A stretch of 64,000 bases of DNA from Flectonema sp. DT1601 (GCA_964019425.1 OZ025781.1:1240001-1304000), one strand, 5' to 3'. Shown: positions 46,753-60,863, counted from the first letter of the stretch. The notes: generated by a model from the sequence alone, not told the origin. Made by a program: numbers and translations.

Positions 46753-46944
46753 GAGTTTCGATAAAGTGGGAAGTAACGGACTGGGAGCTTTTGGCTCCTG
46801 CCCTATTCCCGATGTAAACTTTCTTTTTATTTTTATTTTTTTTTAACAGGCCCAAAGGGCGACAATGATGGTTGCTGACCAAGGAATAATATTCAAATGA
46901 ATTTTCGTTTCAAAGAAACGAACAGAATTAAGAGAGAGGCAGAG

Positions 46945-46976
<32 letters not shown>

Positions 46977-47011
46977 GAAAAAAAAAAATGAAGAGGAAAT
47001 AATCAAACATG

Positions 47012-47047
<36 letters not shown>

Positions 47048-49226
47048 TAAAAAACGTTGTATGAAAAAGGAAAAAAAAGAAAAAAAAAAGACCAGAAAAG
47101 GAAAGAGAAAATGAAAAGGTATAATATTATTGTGGGGATATGAGGGATAGCAGGGAGATGCTCTTTTTTTTTTTTTTTTTTTTTTTTTTATTTATTATTT
47201 AAAAAAAGGAAACAATCAGTTTAGCGTCTCGATCAGGACGGAAAATAGAAATTAATCGACATAGTTGATCGATAGAAAAAAAAACAATGATAACATTGTT
47301 TATTCATTTTTTTTTTTTTTTTTTTTTTTTAAATCTTTTTAATTATTTTAAAGAAAAAACAATCAGTTTAGCGTCTTGACCAGGACGGAAAATAGTAAGT
47401 AATCGACATAGTCGATCGATAAAAAAAAAACAATGATAACATTGTTTATTCCTTTTTTTTTTTTTTTTTTTATTCTTTTTATTTATTTTTAAAGAAAAAA
47501 CAATCAGTTTAGCGTCCTGACCAGGACGGAAAATAGAAAGTAATCGACATAGTCGATCGATAAAAAAAACAATGATAACATTGTTTATTCTTTTTTTTTT
47601 TATTTTAAATTCTTTTTATTTATTTTTTAAAGAAAAAAGACGGAAAATAGAAATTAGTCGACAAAGTCGAACGATAAAAAAAAACAATGATAACATTGTT
47701 TATTCTTTTTTTTGTATTTTTTTATATTCTTTTTTATTAATTTTGAAAAAAAAACAATCAGTTTAGCGTCTTGACCAGGACGGAAAATAGAAAGTGATCG
47801 ACATAGTCGATCGATAAAAAAAACAATGATAACATTGTTTATTCTTTTTTTTTTTTATTTTAAATTCTTTTTATTTATTTTTTAAAGAAAAAAAAACGGA
47901 AAATAGAAATTAGTCGACAAAGTCGAACGATAAAAAAAAACAATGATAACATTGTTTATTCTTTTTTTTGTATTTTTTTACATTCTTTTTTATTAATTTT
48001 GAAAAAAAAAAACAATCAGTTTAGCGTCTTGACCAGGACGGAAAATAGAAAGTAATCGACATAGTCGATCGATAAAAAAACAATGATAACATTGTTTATT
48101 CTTTTTTTTTTTTTTTTTTTTTTTAAATTCTTTTTATTTATTTTTTAAAGAAAAAAAAACGGAAAATAGAAATTAGTCAATAAAGTCGAACGATAAAAAA
48201 AAACAATGATAACATTGTTTATTCTTTTTTTTATTTTTTATTTTTAATATTTTTTTTTTATTTTGAAAAAAAAAAAACAATCAGTTTAGCGTCTTGACCA
48301 GGACGGAAAATAGAAAGTAATCGACATAGTCGTTCGATAAAAAAAAAACAATGATAACATTGTTTATTCTTTTTTTTGTATTTTTTTTTAATATTCTTTT
48401 TTATTAATTATTGAAAAAAAAACAATCAGTTTAGCGTCTTGACCAGGACGGAAAATAGAAAGTGATCGACATAGTCGATCGAAAAAAAAAAACAATGATA
48501 ACATTGTTTATTCTTTTTTTTATTTTAAATTATTTTTATTTATTTTTTAAAGAGAAAAAAAAAAAAAACGGAAAATAGAAATTAGTCGACAAAGTCGAAC
48601 GATAAAAAAAACAATGATAACATTGTTTATTCTTTTTTTTGTATTTTTTTATATTCTTTTTTATTAATTTTGAAGAAAAAAAACAATCAGTTTAGCGTCT
48701 TGACCAGGACGGAAAATAGAAAGTGATCGACATAGTCGATCGATAAAAAAAACAATGATAACATTGTTTATTCATTTTTTTTATTTTAAATTCTTTTTAT
48801 TTATTCTTTAAAGAAAAGAACCGGAAAATAGAAATTAGTCGACAAAGTCGAACGATAATAAAAAAAAAAACAATGATAACATTGTTTTTCCTTTTTTTTT
48901 TTTTTTTTTATATTCTTTTTTATTAATTTTGAAAAAAAAAACAATCAGTTTAGCGTCTTGACCAGGACGGAAAATAGAAAGTGATCGACATAGTCGATCG
49001 ATAAAAAAACAATGATAACATTGTTTATTCTTTTTTTTTATTTTAAATTCTTTTTATTTATTTTTTAAAGAAAAAAAAAACGGAAAATAGAAATTAGTCA
49101 ACAAAGTCGAACAATAAAAAAAACAATGATAACGTTGTTTATTCTTTTTTTTTTTTTTTTTTTTTTATATTCTTTTTTATTAATTTTGAAAAAAAAAACA
49201 ATCAGTTTAGCGTCTTGACCAGGACT
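46753..49226 (-). mobile_element. Family C, 3' module plus ~2-kb satellite B array
   Basis: Begins GAGTTTCGATAAAGTGGGAAG; array 47210-49226. Confidence 0.88.
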
Positions 49227-52050
49227 TTAAAATTAAAAAAAAAAGAATTAGTTTAAAAAAAAAGATCTTAACTCATCGATATTGTTTCTGAGCCATTCTC
49301 TTTTCTATTTTTTTTTTTTTTTTTATTATTGCTACTTCACAACAAAAAAAAAAAGAAACACCGGGCCGGCGGTGTCATAAAGATACTGGCAACCATCTCT
49401 CAGCCAACCCAGCCCCCGAGGCTTTACAAGAGGCTATTTCGAGATCGGCTCTGGATGGGGATAAAACTTTAGTAGCCAAATGTCCTTTATGTTTTGAGAC
49501 ATACCTCAAAGGTCCAGTTGCGCATTTTAGACGTAACTGTAAGTTTAGTAAAGAATTTAAGGACTATAAGTCACGTTTTCCCCCATCTACCCACTCCCAA
49601 GTTAAAGATTGTTACCACTTACCTTGTCCAGAATGTGGTAAGCTTTTCAAAAGTATCGCTACGAGAGCGAAACACTGTGCTAACGGTACATGTAAAGGTA
49701 CACCTCTGTCTCCCCTCACAGGGAATAATTCAGACCTGGAACCTCCCTTTGTAGGAGAATCTGTAGATTTTAAAACTTCACAAACAGCTTTCGTTCCTTG
49801 TAACTCTACAACACCCACTTTTACCCCGTTACACCCGTCTCGTCTCAAATTCCGATCTTTTGGAACTGAATGGAAGGACATCGACGTTTCTGCTACAGAA
49901 AAACTCCAAACTTTCACCGTCGAAACAGAAAACTCTTTAAAACCTGCCGACCAACTTGATAAACTACTCAAAACGGTTTATCAAATTTGTAGCAGTTTCT
50001 TTGAAGAAACAAAGCGGAATTTACCCCGCAAACAGAAATCAAGGGAAGAGGTCATCCTCGACCAAGAAAAACGTGAATGTCGTCTGGAAATGAAACAGCT
50101 AAGACAGGAGCTCCGCAAATCTGGGCCTTCTATAGAGAACGCTGTCAAATGGAAAGAGGCAAGAACGAGAATGAAAAGGATTTTCCGAATGTATCGGAAT
50201 TTAGAAAAGAAAAATTTATTCAAAAAATTACAAGATAAATTTCGTCAAAATCCGTTTACTGCCATAAAAGAAGAACTCCAAAAAGAAGATCCTCAACCCC
50301 CCTCCCTTGATATTCCAGAGGAAAAAATAATTGAACATTTTAAAAACAATTATTGTGACAATGAAAAAAAAAAAACTGATTTCACCCATCCCTCTTTTTT
50401 ACCTAAGTCTGACTACAAGACAATGGATGATATCCAGTTCCCGAGCTTCGAACAGTTTGGTATTCTCTTATCAAAGAAAAAAAACAAATGTGCCCCTGGT
50501 CCCAATTGCATACCTTATGTTGTATGGAAAAAGGTCCCAACTTTTATGGAAGCACTTTACAAGGTATTAAAGAGAATTTTCGAACTCAAGGCCTATCCGG
50601 ATAGTTGGGGCTTAGCATTTGTAACAATGCTCCCAAAGCCCAACTCCGATGGGAAAGACATCTCGAAAACGAGACCGATAGCTGTGGGCAACTGCGACGG
50701 GAAAATTTTTAATACGGTCATTCAGGAAGCCGTCGCAAACCACACTCTTTCTAAATTTAATTTTCAAAAAGGCTTTAGGAAAGGTGTCTCTGGGTGTATC
50801 GAACATGCCACGATCACCTCAGAGATTTTTAAAGAAGTGAAAGCTCTCCGGAAAAACCTAACAATTGTCTGGGTGGATTTGGCAGATGCTTTCGGATCAG
50901 TCAAACATCAATTAATTTTCTTTGCTTTAAAATATTTCGGAATTCACGAAAGAATAATCGGTTTCTATAAAAGGTATTATTCCTCCATGCGCGTCCAAAT
51001 CAGAGTTGGAGAAGGCCTGACGCCCACTATCCCTTTTGAAGTTGGTGTCTTTCAAGGCTGCGTTTCCTCCCCAACCCTTTTTAATTTGGTATTCCAACTA
51101 CTGCTCTTTTCCTTAGCAGTTCATCAACAGGAAGCCTACGAGTTTAGCAATAAATCCCTCCAACTATTAGTTGCAGCTTTTGCTGATGATTTACAACTTT
51201 CCACGTCATCAAAGGCGGGGGCAAAATTGCTAATCAAGTCGCTCGAACAGTTTCTTTCCTGGTCTCGTGGTATGAAAGCGAAACCCCAGAAATGCATTGC
51301 CCACAGCTTTGTACAAGGGAAACCAGCTAACCCGGACCTGAAGATTAACAATGTTCCGATTACGAATCTCCAGGAAGCTGGAGAGTTCAAATACCTCGGG
51401 CGTTGGTTTGAGCCGAACGCCAAAGAACAGAAATTGCGAGAGCGCCTGACCACTTTTACCAGGAATTTTTTAAAAAAAGTCGACGCCATGCCACTGTATG
51501 GGTCTCAGAAGGCTTGGTCTGTCCAACACTTGTTATTGTCAAGGTTAACATGGAGTTTAATGATCCATGACTTATCTCTCCCTTTTGCCAAAAAAATGGA
51601 CAAAATTATTAAACCTTTTTTGAAGAAATGGTGGGGATTTGTCCGCTCTGCGAACACAGTCATCCTTTTTACCGGTTCAAAGAACACTGTTGGTCTCAGA
51701 CACAAAAGAGTCGAGACGCTATATAAACAAGCGCAATCAATTAAACTAGACATACTCAGATCCTCACAGGACTCTGACATGCACGGTGTCTACAATGTTA
51801 TTATGGAGAAATCGTCCAATTGGTCGAAAAAGTTTTCAGCTTCTGCTGAATGGGAGCGCCTTATTAAGTTTTTTTCTTACCGTTCTCTCGCGAAGCAATC
51901 AGCTGGTCTTGGTCACCGATTGCGCGATCTACGTACTACTCGCCCCGATCTCCTTAAGCGTTTTGAAGTGGAAGCCACAGATGAACTACTGAACTCTTTG
52001 AATAAATTACAAGTCCAAGGACAGTGGAAGGAGTGGTCTAAATGTATGAT

Positions 52051-55000
52051 GAGTTGAATTTCCAGGTGAGATTTGGACTGTTAGCTTTTGGCTAAGGCCC
52101 TCCCTGAAGAGCAAGAACAAAAAAACTACTCACACCTGAAGAAAACATATACACAAAGAACACACTGTAAGCTGTGTGTGTATTTTGTGTTTGTCACAAC
52201 AGGAGAGAAAAGAAAGAATGTCAAGGTTGGTCACCTTGCCTATCAACGCACAACATTGGTGGTCTCTACTAGACCCTGAGTGATCCCACTGGATCTCTCA
52301 TCGTTCATAGTACCCTGTGTGAAGTTATAAAATCAAAGGTAAACTATGAACTACAAATGACTTAGCCTGTTATTATAATGCCACAGGCAGGCCCTGCATT
52401 CAGCAACTATCCAGCAGTGCTTGGATGTCCTGATCTTCTTCTAAAAAAAAGAAAGAAAAACAAAACTGTAGCTGGGATCACTCAGGATCAACAGACTACC
52501 AATGCTACCTGTTGTACTTGCTCACTATGGGGGGTGATGCCAAACACCCAGAAGTACTAAACTACTTTCCTTCTTGCTGCCCAGGAGTTTCTGACCAGAA
52601 CTAATAGAAAATAAAAAGTAGATGGGAAACAATAAAAAGTAAAATGGATATAACTGAAGTTAAACAAGACAAATGAAGTAACAGACCAGAACAGAAAGAG
52701 AATTGTAATAGAAGATTACAAATAAGAAAATGCAAGTATCAACACATAATCAAGATACACCAGCAGCTAACAAACAACATAAAATTGAAGATCAGTTGCC
52801 AGAGTATTTCAACCATGGTAGAATACTCGCCCCTCTGGCAGGGATTATCCCAGACTTGTCCTTTAATTTAGTTGGACACCATGGCTTACAACCCTTCCAG
52901 AGGGAAGCACCATTATGACTTCTATTTTTTTTCTTCAAGAAAATCATAAGGTGGGAACAAAGAAAAATGCTAAGAGGAACCCCTTATTAACACCTAAGAC
53001 ATCTAAACTGCAGCCCAGCTTATGCCCAATGCACTAACAGGTCATTCCCTCACACTCAGATCAAAAAAATCAAAGTTCAGAGTGCATCTTAGCGTGAATG
53101 AGAGAATTTCCTCCCGCTTATTTTGAACAAAAGGGATAGGAGAAGGGATAGAAAACGAACATAACAATAAGATTCTAAGTGAGAAACACTTAGCAGAAAC
53201 ACTTAGCAGCTTTTAAGGAGCTGAAAAGCAAAAAAAAAATCTAAGTGAGAAACACTTAGTAGAAACAATCTGTAGCTAATTAAGCTGAAAATAAAAAAAT
53301 AAAAAAAAAAATTCTAAGTGAGAAATACTTAGCAACTTTTAGAACAAATATTTCAGTAAATAACCTGTAATGATTAAACCATTACAAGTTTGATGCCAAA
53401 ACTGACAAGGACTGAGTTGAATTTCCAGGTGAGATTTGGACTGTTAGCTTTTGGCTAAGGCCCTCCCTGAAGAGCAAGAACAAAAAAACTACTCACACCT
53501 GAAGAAAACATATACACAAAGAACACACTGTAAGCTGTGTGTGTATTTTGTGTTTGTCACAACAGGAGAGAAAAGAAAGAATGTCAAGGTTGGTCACCTT
53601 GCCTATCAACGCACAACATTGGAGGTCTCTACTAGACCCTGAGTGATCCCACTGGATCTCTCATCGTTCATAGTACCCTGTGTGAAGTTATAAAATCAAA
53701 GGTAAACTATGAACTACAAATGACTTAGCCTGTTATTATAATGCCACAGGCAGGCCCTGCATTCAGCAACTATCCAGCAGTGCTTGGATGTCCTGATCTT
53801 CTTCTAAAAAAAAGAAAGAAAAACAAAACTGTAGCTGGGATCACTCAGGATCAACAGACTACCAATGCTACCTGTTGTACTTGCTCACTATGGGGGGTGA
53901 TGCCAAACACCCAGAAGTACTAAACTACTTTCCTTCTTGCTGCCCAGGAGTTTCTGACCAGAACTAATAGAAAATAAAAAGTAGATGGGAAACAATAAAA
54001 AGTAAAATGGATATAACTGAAGTTAAACAAGACAAATGAAGTAACAGACCAGAACAGAAAGAGAATTGTAATAGAAGATTACAAATAAGAAAATGCAAGT
54101 ATCAACACATAATCAAGATACACCAGCAGCTAACAAACAACATAAAATTGAAGATCAGTTGCCAGAGTATTTCAACCATGGTAGAATACTCGCCCCTCTG
54201 GCAGGGATTATCCCAGACTTGTCCTTTAATTTAGTTGGACACCATGGCTTACAACCCTTCCAGAGGGAAGCACCATTATGACTTCTATTTTTTTTCTTCA
54301 AGAAAATCATAAGGTGGGAACAAAGAAAAATGCTAAGAGGAACCCCTTATTAACACCTAAGACATCTAAACTGCAGCCCAGCTTATGCCCAATGCACTAA
54401 CAGGTCATTCCCTCACACTCAGATCAAAAAAATCAAAGTTCAGAGTGCATCTTAGCGTGAATGAGAGAATTTCCTCCCGCTTATTTTGAACAAAAGGGAT
54501 AGGAGAAGGGATAGAAAACGAACATAACAATAAGATTCTAAGTGAGAAACACTTAGCAGAAACACTTAGCAGCTTTTAAGGAGCTGAAAAGCAAAAAAAA
54601 AATCTAAGTGAGAAACACTTAGTAGAAACAATCTGTAGCTAATTAAGCTGAAAATAAAAAAATAAAAAAAAAAATTCTAAGTGAGAAATACTTAGCAACT
54701 TTTAGAACAAATATTTCAGTAAATAACCTGTAATGATTAAACCATTACAAGTTTGATGCCAAAACTGACAAGGACTGAGTTGAATTTCCAGGTGAGATTT
54801 GGACTGTTAGCTTTTGGCTAAGGCCCTCCCTGAAGAGCAAGAACAAAAAAACTACTCACACCTGAAGAAAACATATACACAAAGAACACACTGTAAGCTG
54901 TGTGTGTATTTTGTGTTTGTCACAACAGGAGAGAAAAGAAAGAATGTCAAGGTTGGTCACCTTGCCTATCAACGCACAACATTGGTGGTCTCTACTAGAC

Positions 55001-55309
55001 CCTGAGTGATCCCACTGGATCTCTCATCGTTCATAGTACCCTGTGTGAAGTTATAAAATCAAAGGTAAACTATGAACTACAAATGACTTAGCCTGTTATT
55101 ATAATGCCACAGGCAGGCCCTGCATTCAGCAACTATCCAGCAGTGCTTGGATGTCCTGATCTTCTTCTAAAAAAAAGAAAGAAAAACAAAACTGTAGCTG
55201 GGATCACTCAGGATCAACAGACTACCAATGCTACCTGTTGTACTTGCTCACTATGGGGGGTGATGCCAAACACCCAGAAGTACTAAACTACTTTCCTTCT
55301 TGCTGCCCA
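52051..55309 (-). mobile_element. Family A, ~2.4 tandem units (period 1363)
   Basis: Units start 52051, 53414, 54777; nearly identical. Confidence 0.92.
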
Positions 55310-56122
55310 ACGATTTCACCTGGAATAAGGTACTTAGGGAGGGAAATCCTGCCTATATCTCATTTCAACTGAAAGCGGTTACAAACACCCTCCCCTCACA
55401 AGATAATTTAAAGAGGTGGAACATCACCAACGTGGACCAAAATTGTGTATTGTGTGGCAAAGTGAATCCTACCCTCAGGCATGTCTTAACAGGCTGTCCT
55501 GTCTCTTTAACACAAGGGAGGTTCACGTGGCGTCATGACAGCGTTCTAAAACGCATTGTTATCTTCTTGGAAGAGTTGATAATAAAAGCCAACAAAAGAA
55601 AAGAAAACCTCCCGCCTCCCTCTCAAACTTTTTTAAAAACAGGGGAAAATAAACCCCTAGAAAGAATTTCTAAAGAGACAGGCGAACTTTCACTAGCGAA
55701 TGATTGGGTCATCCTCGACGATGTCGGTGATAACCGCCTAATTGTTCCTCTTGAAGTGTGCCATGTCTCGTCCTCTCTAAGACCAGACATTTTTATTTAT
55801 TCTTTTTTTGCGAAAAGAGCACTGATTCTGGAGCTGACGTGTCCAAATGAAGATCGTTTCGAAACCTCTCATGTCTTAAAGGAAAAGAAATACCTAAAGC
55901 TAAGAGACTCGATCATCGCTAATGGCTTCGACTGTAACATTTTTACTATTGAAGTTGGCGTACGAGGAAACATCTGCATGGACCAGCTGAACATCTGGAC
56001 ACGTCACATCGGTTCACCTTTAGCACCAACAAAAGCTTTATTTTGTGAATGCACCAGAATCGCCAGACAGTGCTCATATGTTCTGTTCCAGACGAGGAAC
56101 CTCCCCACGTGGCATTCAAGAC

Positions 56123-56488
56123 CATTATCATTGTTTTTTTATCGATCGACTATGTCGATTACTTTCTATTTTCCGTCCTGGTCAAGACGCTAAACTGATT
56201 GTTTTTTTTTTCAAAATTAATAAAAAAGAATATAAAAAAAAAACAAAAAAAAAAAGAATAAACAATGCTATCATTGTTTTTTTTTTATCGTTCGACTTTG
56301 TTGACTAATTTTTATTTTCCGTTTTTTTTTCTTTTAAAAAATAAATAATAAGAATTTAAAAAAAAAAAAAAAAAGAATAAACAATGTTATCATTGTTTTT
56401 TTTATCGATCGACTATGTCGATCACTTTCTATTTTCCGTCCTGGTCAAGACGCTAAACTGATTGTTTTTTCTTTAAAATAATTAAAAG

Positions 56489-56523
<35 letters not shown>

Positions 56524-57253
56524 TAAACAATGTTATCATTGTTTTTTTTTCTATCGATCGACTATGTCGATTAATTTCTATTTTCCGTCCCGATCGAGAC
56601 GCTAAACTGATTGTTTCCTTTTTTTTAAATAATAAATAAAAAAAAAAAAAAAAAAGAGCATCTCCCTGCTATCCTCATATCCCCACAATAATATTATACC
56701 TTTTCATTTTCTCTTTCCTTTTCTGGTCTTTTTTTTTTTTTTTTTCTTCTTTTTTTTCCTTTTTCATACAACGTTTTTTATTTATATTTTATTTTTTTTT
56801 TTATTTTTTTCATGTTTGATTATTTCCTCTTCATATTTTTTTTTTTTTTTTCTTTTCTTTCTTTTTTTTTTTCTTTTTTTTCTCTGCCTCTCTCTTAATT
56901 CTGTTCGTTTCTTTGAAACGAAAATTCATTTGAATATTATTCCTTGGTCAGCAACAGTCATTGTCGCCCTCTGGGCCTGTTAAAAAAAAAAAAATAAAAA
57001 GAAAGTTTACATCGGGAATAGGGCAGGAGCCAAAAGCTCCCAGTCCGTTACTTCCCACTCTATCGAATTCAGCCTATTTTCCGTTTTTTTTTTTCTTTAA
57101 AAATAAATAAAAAGAATTTAAAAAAAAAAAAAAAAAAAGAATAAACAATGTTATCATTGTTTTTTTATCGATCGACTATGTCGATCACTTTCTATTTTCC
57201 GTCCTGGTCAAGACGCTAAACTGATTGTTTTTTCTTTAAAAAATAATTAAAAG

Positions 57254-57286
<33 letters not shown>

Positions 57287-57540
57287 AATAAACAATGTTA
57301 TCATTGTTTTTTTATCGATCGACTATGTCGATCACTTTCTATTTTCCGTCCTGGTCAAGACGCTAAACTGATTGTTTTTTCTTTAAAATAATAAAAAGGA
57401 TTAAAAAAAAAAAAAAAAAAAAAAAAAGAATAAACAATGTTATCATTGTTTTTTATCGATCGACTATGTCGATCACTTTCTACTTTCCGTCCTGGTCAAG
57501 ACGCTAAACTGATTGTTTTTTCTTTAAAAAATAATTAAAA

Positions 57541-57576
<36 letters not shown>

Positions 57577-57973
57577 ATAAACAATGTTATCATTGTTTTT
57601 TTATCGATCGACTATGTCGATCACTTTCAATTTTCCGTCCTGGTCAGGACGCTAAACTGATTGTTTTTTCTTTAAAAATAAATAAAAAGAATAAAAAAAA
57701 AAAAAAAAAAAAAGGAATAAACAATGTTATCATTGTTTTTTTTTTAGCGATCGACTATGTCGATTACTTTCTATTTTCCGTCCTGGTCAAGACGCTAAAC
57801 TGATTGTTTTTTCTTTAAAATAATTAAAAGGATTTAAAAAAAAAAAAAAAAAAAAAAGAATAAACAATGTTATCATTGTTTTTTTTTCTATCGATCGACT
57901 ATGTCGATTAATTTCTATTTTCCGTCCTGATCGAGACGCTAAACTGATTGTTTCCTTTTTTTAAATAATAAAT

Positions 57974-58004
<31 letters not shown>

Positions 58005-58401
58005 ATCTCCCTGCTATCCTCATATCCCCACAATAATATTATACCTTTTCATTTTCTCTTTCCTTTTCTGGTCTTTTTTTTTTCTTTTTTTCCGTTTTCA
58101 TACAACGTTTTTTATTTATATTTTATTTTTTTTTTTTTTTTTTCATGTTTGATTATTTCCTCTTCATATTTTTTTTCTATTCTTTCTTTTTTTTTTTTTT
58201 TTTTTTTCTCTACCTCTCTCTTAATTCTGTTCGTTTCTTTGAAACGAAAATTCATTTGAATATTATTCCTTGGTCAGCAACCATCATTGTCGCCCTTTGG
58301 GCCTGTTAAAAAAAAAAAAAAAAAAAAAAAGAAAGTTTACATCGGGAATAGGGCAGGAGCCAAAAGCTCCCAGTCCGTTACTTCCCACTTTATCGAAATT
58401 C
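56123..58401 (+). mobile_element. Two tandem 5'-truncated family C copies (ends 57070 and 58401)
   Basis: Empty site CAAGACCT|CTAATGCGC is visible at 62149-62165. Confidence 0.9.
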
Positions 58402-60197
58402 TAATGCGCAGCATTAAAGAAGAACCTGCCACTGCAAGTTTTATAAAAGATGGTAAAGAAATCTTCCCTGTAGAAGAAGTCAAAATCCACAAAGTAACAA
58501 AACTGAAAACGATCGAAAAGCTCACCATTGAAAGATCGTGGCTTGAGAAATGTTTTATCTGGCAAACTTGTTACGCATCGGCTCTTTCTATTCTACTTAT
58601 TGCCAATGGGTCTTCCTCCCCGGCCCCTTCTGTTTTGTTAGATGAGGATGAGCTCACTGGACTCTCCTTGTCATTCTCTTCTATTTCTTCCATCTCTTTC
58701 CAGACTCCCCCACCTGAACTCACGTCAACGGGATCGCAAACACTCCCTACTGATTTTGCTATGGTGTTAAGATGTCAATCTGACATTGGTTCTCAAACCC
58801 CCTTGTACAAAGAAAAAAAAGGAAGATTAAGGCTGAAACTTTCCTTGAAATGCCAGATTTTAGAAAACGAATTAGAACAAATGAAAGAACGAATTTTTTA
58901 TGTTCTATTTTTATTTTACTTTAATGCGATGTCAGCCTCCCTCGAGAAAGACAAGCAGTTACTAAACGGATTACCTGTTGAGATCAAAGCTACCAACCAG
59001 GATCCATCCTCACTTCCTCCTGCGCCCCCTGTTTTAATTATTGAAAAAGATAGAAAAGAATATGAACTTCTGGAAGGAGTAATTCAACGGTTAACAGTAG
59101 AACGCGATGAATCGAAGACTTCTCTTTCCGCACTAGTTCGTCAATATGACTTAGTGGAAGATTACAGGAAACGTGAGCTCGCAAATCTGACTCAGAAAGC
59201 AGACCTATCGGAAATGGCGCTTTTCAATTACCATCAAAGGTTTGTTCTTCTGTCGAACGAATTGGAGACCAAATGTAATGAGGAAAGAGAAAGTAAAATA
59301 AGACTTTTCTATACTCAACAGGAGGTCGAGAGTTTGCGTGCCGCACGTCCCCACATGACCCACTTTAGTCAACAAGTTTCCCCCCGATCCCCTATTTTGT
59401 ATGAATCTGTTGCTATGATGAAGATAGCAAAGAACTACCTCTCGCTCTTTACAACTACGAGTAGTCTTTTTACTCCTCTTATTAAACCCCTTATCCCTAC
59501 CCTTAATTATATCACCCCTCTTTGTCCTCTAGCCTCAATTCCTCCGACAATGCCGCAGAGTGAAGCTCTCGACCGCACGCCGACCAAGATTTTACGACAA
59601 GAGAGCCACGTTATCTCCGTTAAAGAGAATACACCTATTGCGAGACAATGGTCTGAGGGTAGGATTGACTTACTCGAGAACTACTGTCGAGCAGTAGATG
59701 ACTCTCTCGAAACAAACGAGAAAGCGGCAGAGCTCTCAGAACAACTTTTGGATGCCCAACTTCGCCTCTCGGAGCTGAATCACCAACGGTGTACAACTCA
59801 CGCAGAGCAGCTTGAGCAATCCATGATGTTAACGGGACTGGCGAGCGATTTAAATGCTCAACTCGCCTTGGCACGGTCTCAAATTGCGGCCCTGAAGTTC
59901 CAATTAGCTTCATGGGCAGAAGGTTTGAGTCCGCCAGACACAGAAGAACATGAGGAAATTGAAACTCCGCCGAGAAAGTCTGAGCGTTCAACTCTGAAAA
60001 AACGGACCCCTCCATCAAGATATCGTTATAATCGAAGGAGATGTTCTGCTGATGACGTTCACGGTGACTCCACCCCCTTGTAATTCTTTTTCCTTACTTT
60101 CACATCACTTTGTTTATTTAGTTTATTAGCTTATTTATTATTTATTGTTCGTTTTGTTTGTAATATTTTGTCGATATGTTTATGTCCGTCAGATCAT

Positions 60198-60863
60198 AAC
60201 GTTAATCAGATTAATTGTTAATTGTTAATTGTAAATGGTCTAAACCCCAATCCAAGTTCCCAAGGCTTGGCATAGATTTGAGTGACGCCTTACTGGCCTC
60301 CTCATCCTCTATGAGTGGTGAGGGGGCCAGCAATGGTTTTTTTTTTTTTTTTTCTCTTATCTCTTTTTTTTCTTTTTCTTTTACTCTAATATGAAATATT
60401 TTTGAACAAAATGTGATTATTAATTTAAAAAAAAAAAAAAAAAAATAATGTAAATGAATAATAAAAAAAAAAAAAAAAAAAACATGCCTTGGGAATACAA
60501 CCAAAGCCCCAATTAATCGGTCCTTTCTTTTTTCCTTCTTGTCAAGTGATCGCTCCACTCGTCGATCACCAAAACCGATTGTATTTATATCTGTTCTTTT
60601 CTCAACGATCGGCTATACCGATCATTTTTTTTTTAAATAATTGTTTTCTTCTTCTCGACGATCAGATCCAATTGATCGACCTTTTTTTTTTTTTTTTTTT
60701 TTTCCTTTATTCTTTCCATCCCTCCCGCTCCCCTTATTTTAATAAAAACAAGATCAGCTCAGCTTGATCGTTAATCTTTTTTTTTTTTTTTAAATTTAAA
60801 CTGATTGTATTTATATCTGGTTATTTTTTCTCAACGATCGGCTATGCCGATCGACCTTTAAAA
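60198..60863 (+). mobile_element. Family C 5' part
   Basis: Reverse complement of ~34065-34722. Confidence 0.85.

Larger units (their letters stand above)
49292..60197 (+). mobile_element. HERO-like RLE non-LTR retrotransposon, split by family A (52051-55309) and family C (56123-58401) insertions
   Basis: Two N-terminal C2HC fingers; RT (APGPN, TRPIA, QKGF, WVDLADAFGSV, GVFQGCVSSP, AFADD, FKYLG); CVLCG...HVLTGC; SLTQGRFTWRHDSVL; LRPDI...LELTCPNE...K. Clade assignment from motif resemblance. Confidence 0.9.

Noticed and set aside
58287..58400. N-terminus MSPFGPVKKK... of the 598-aa ORF
   Set aside because: Translated family C terminus; the true upstream sequence is the RLE domain.
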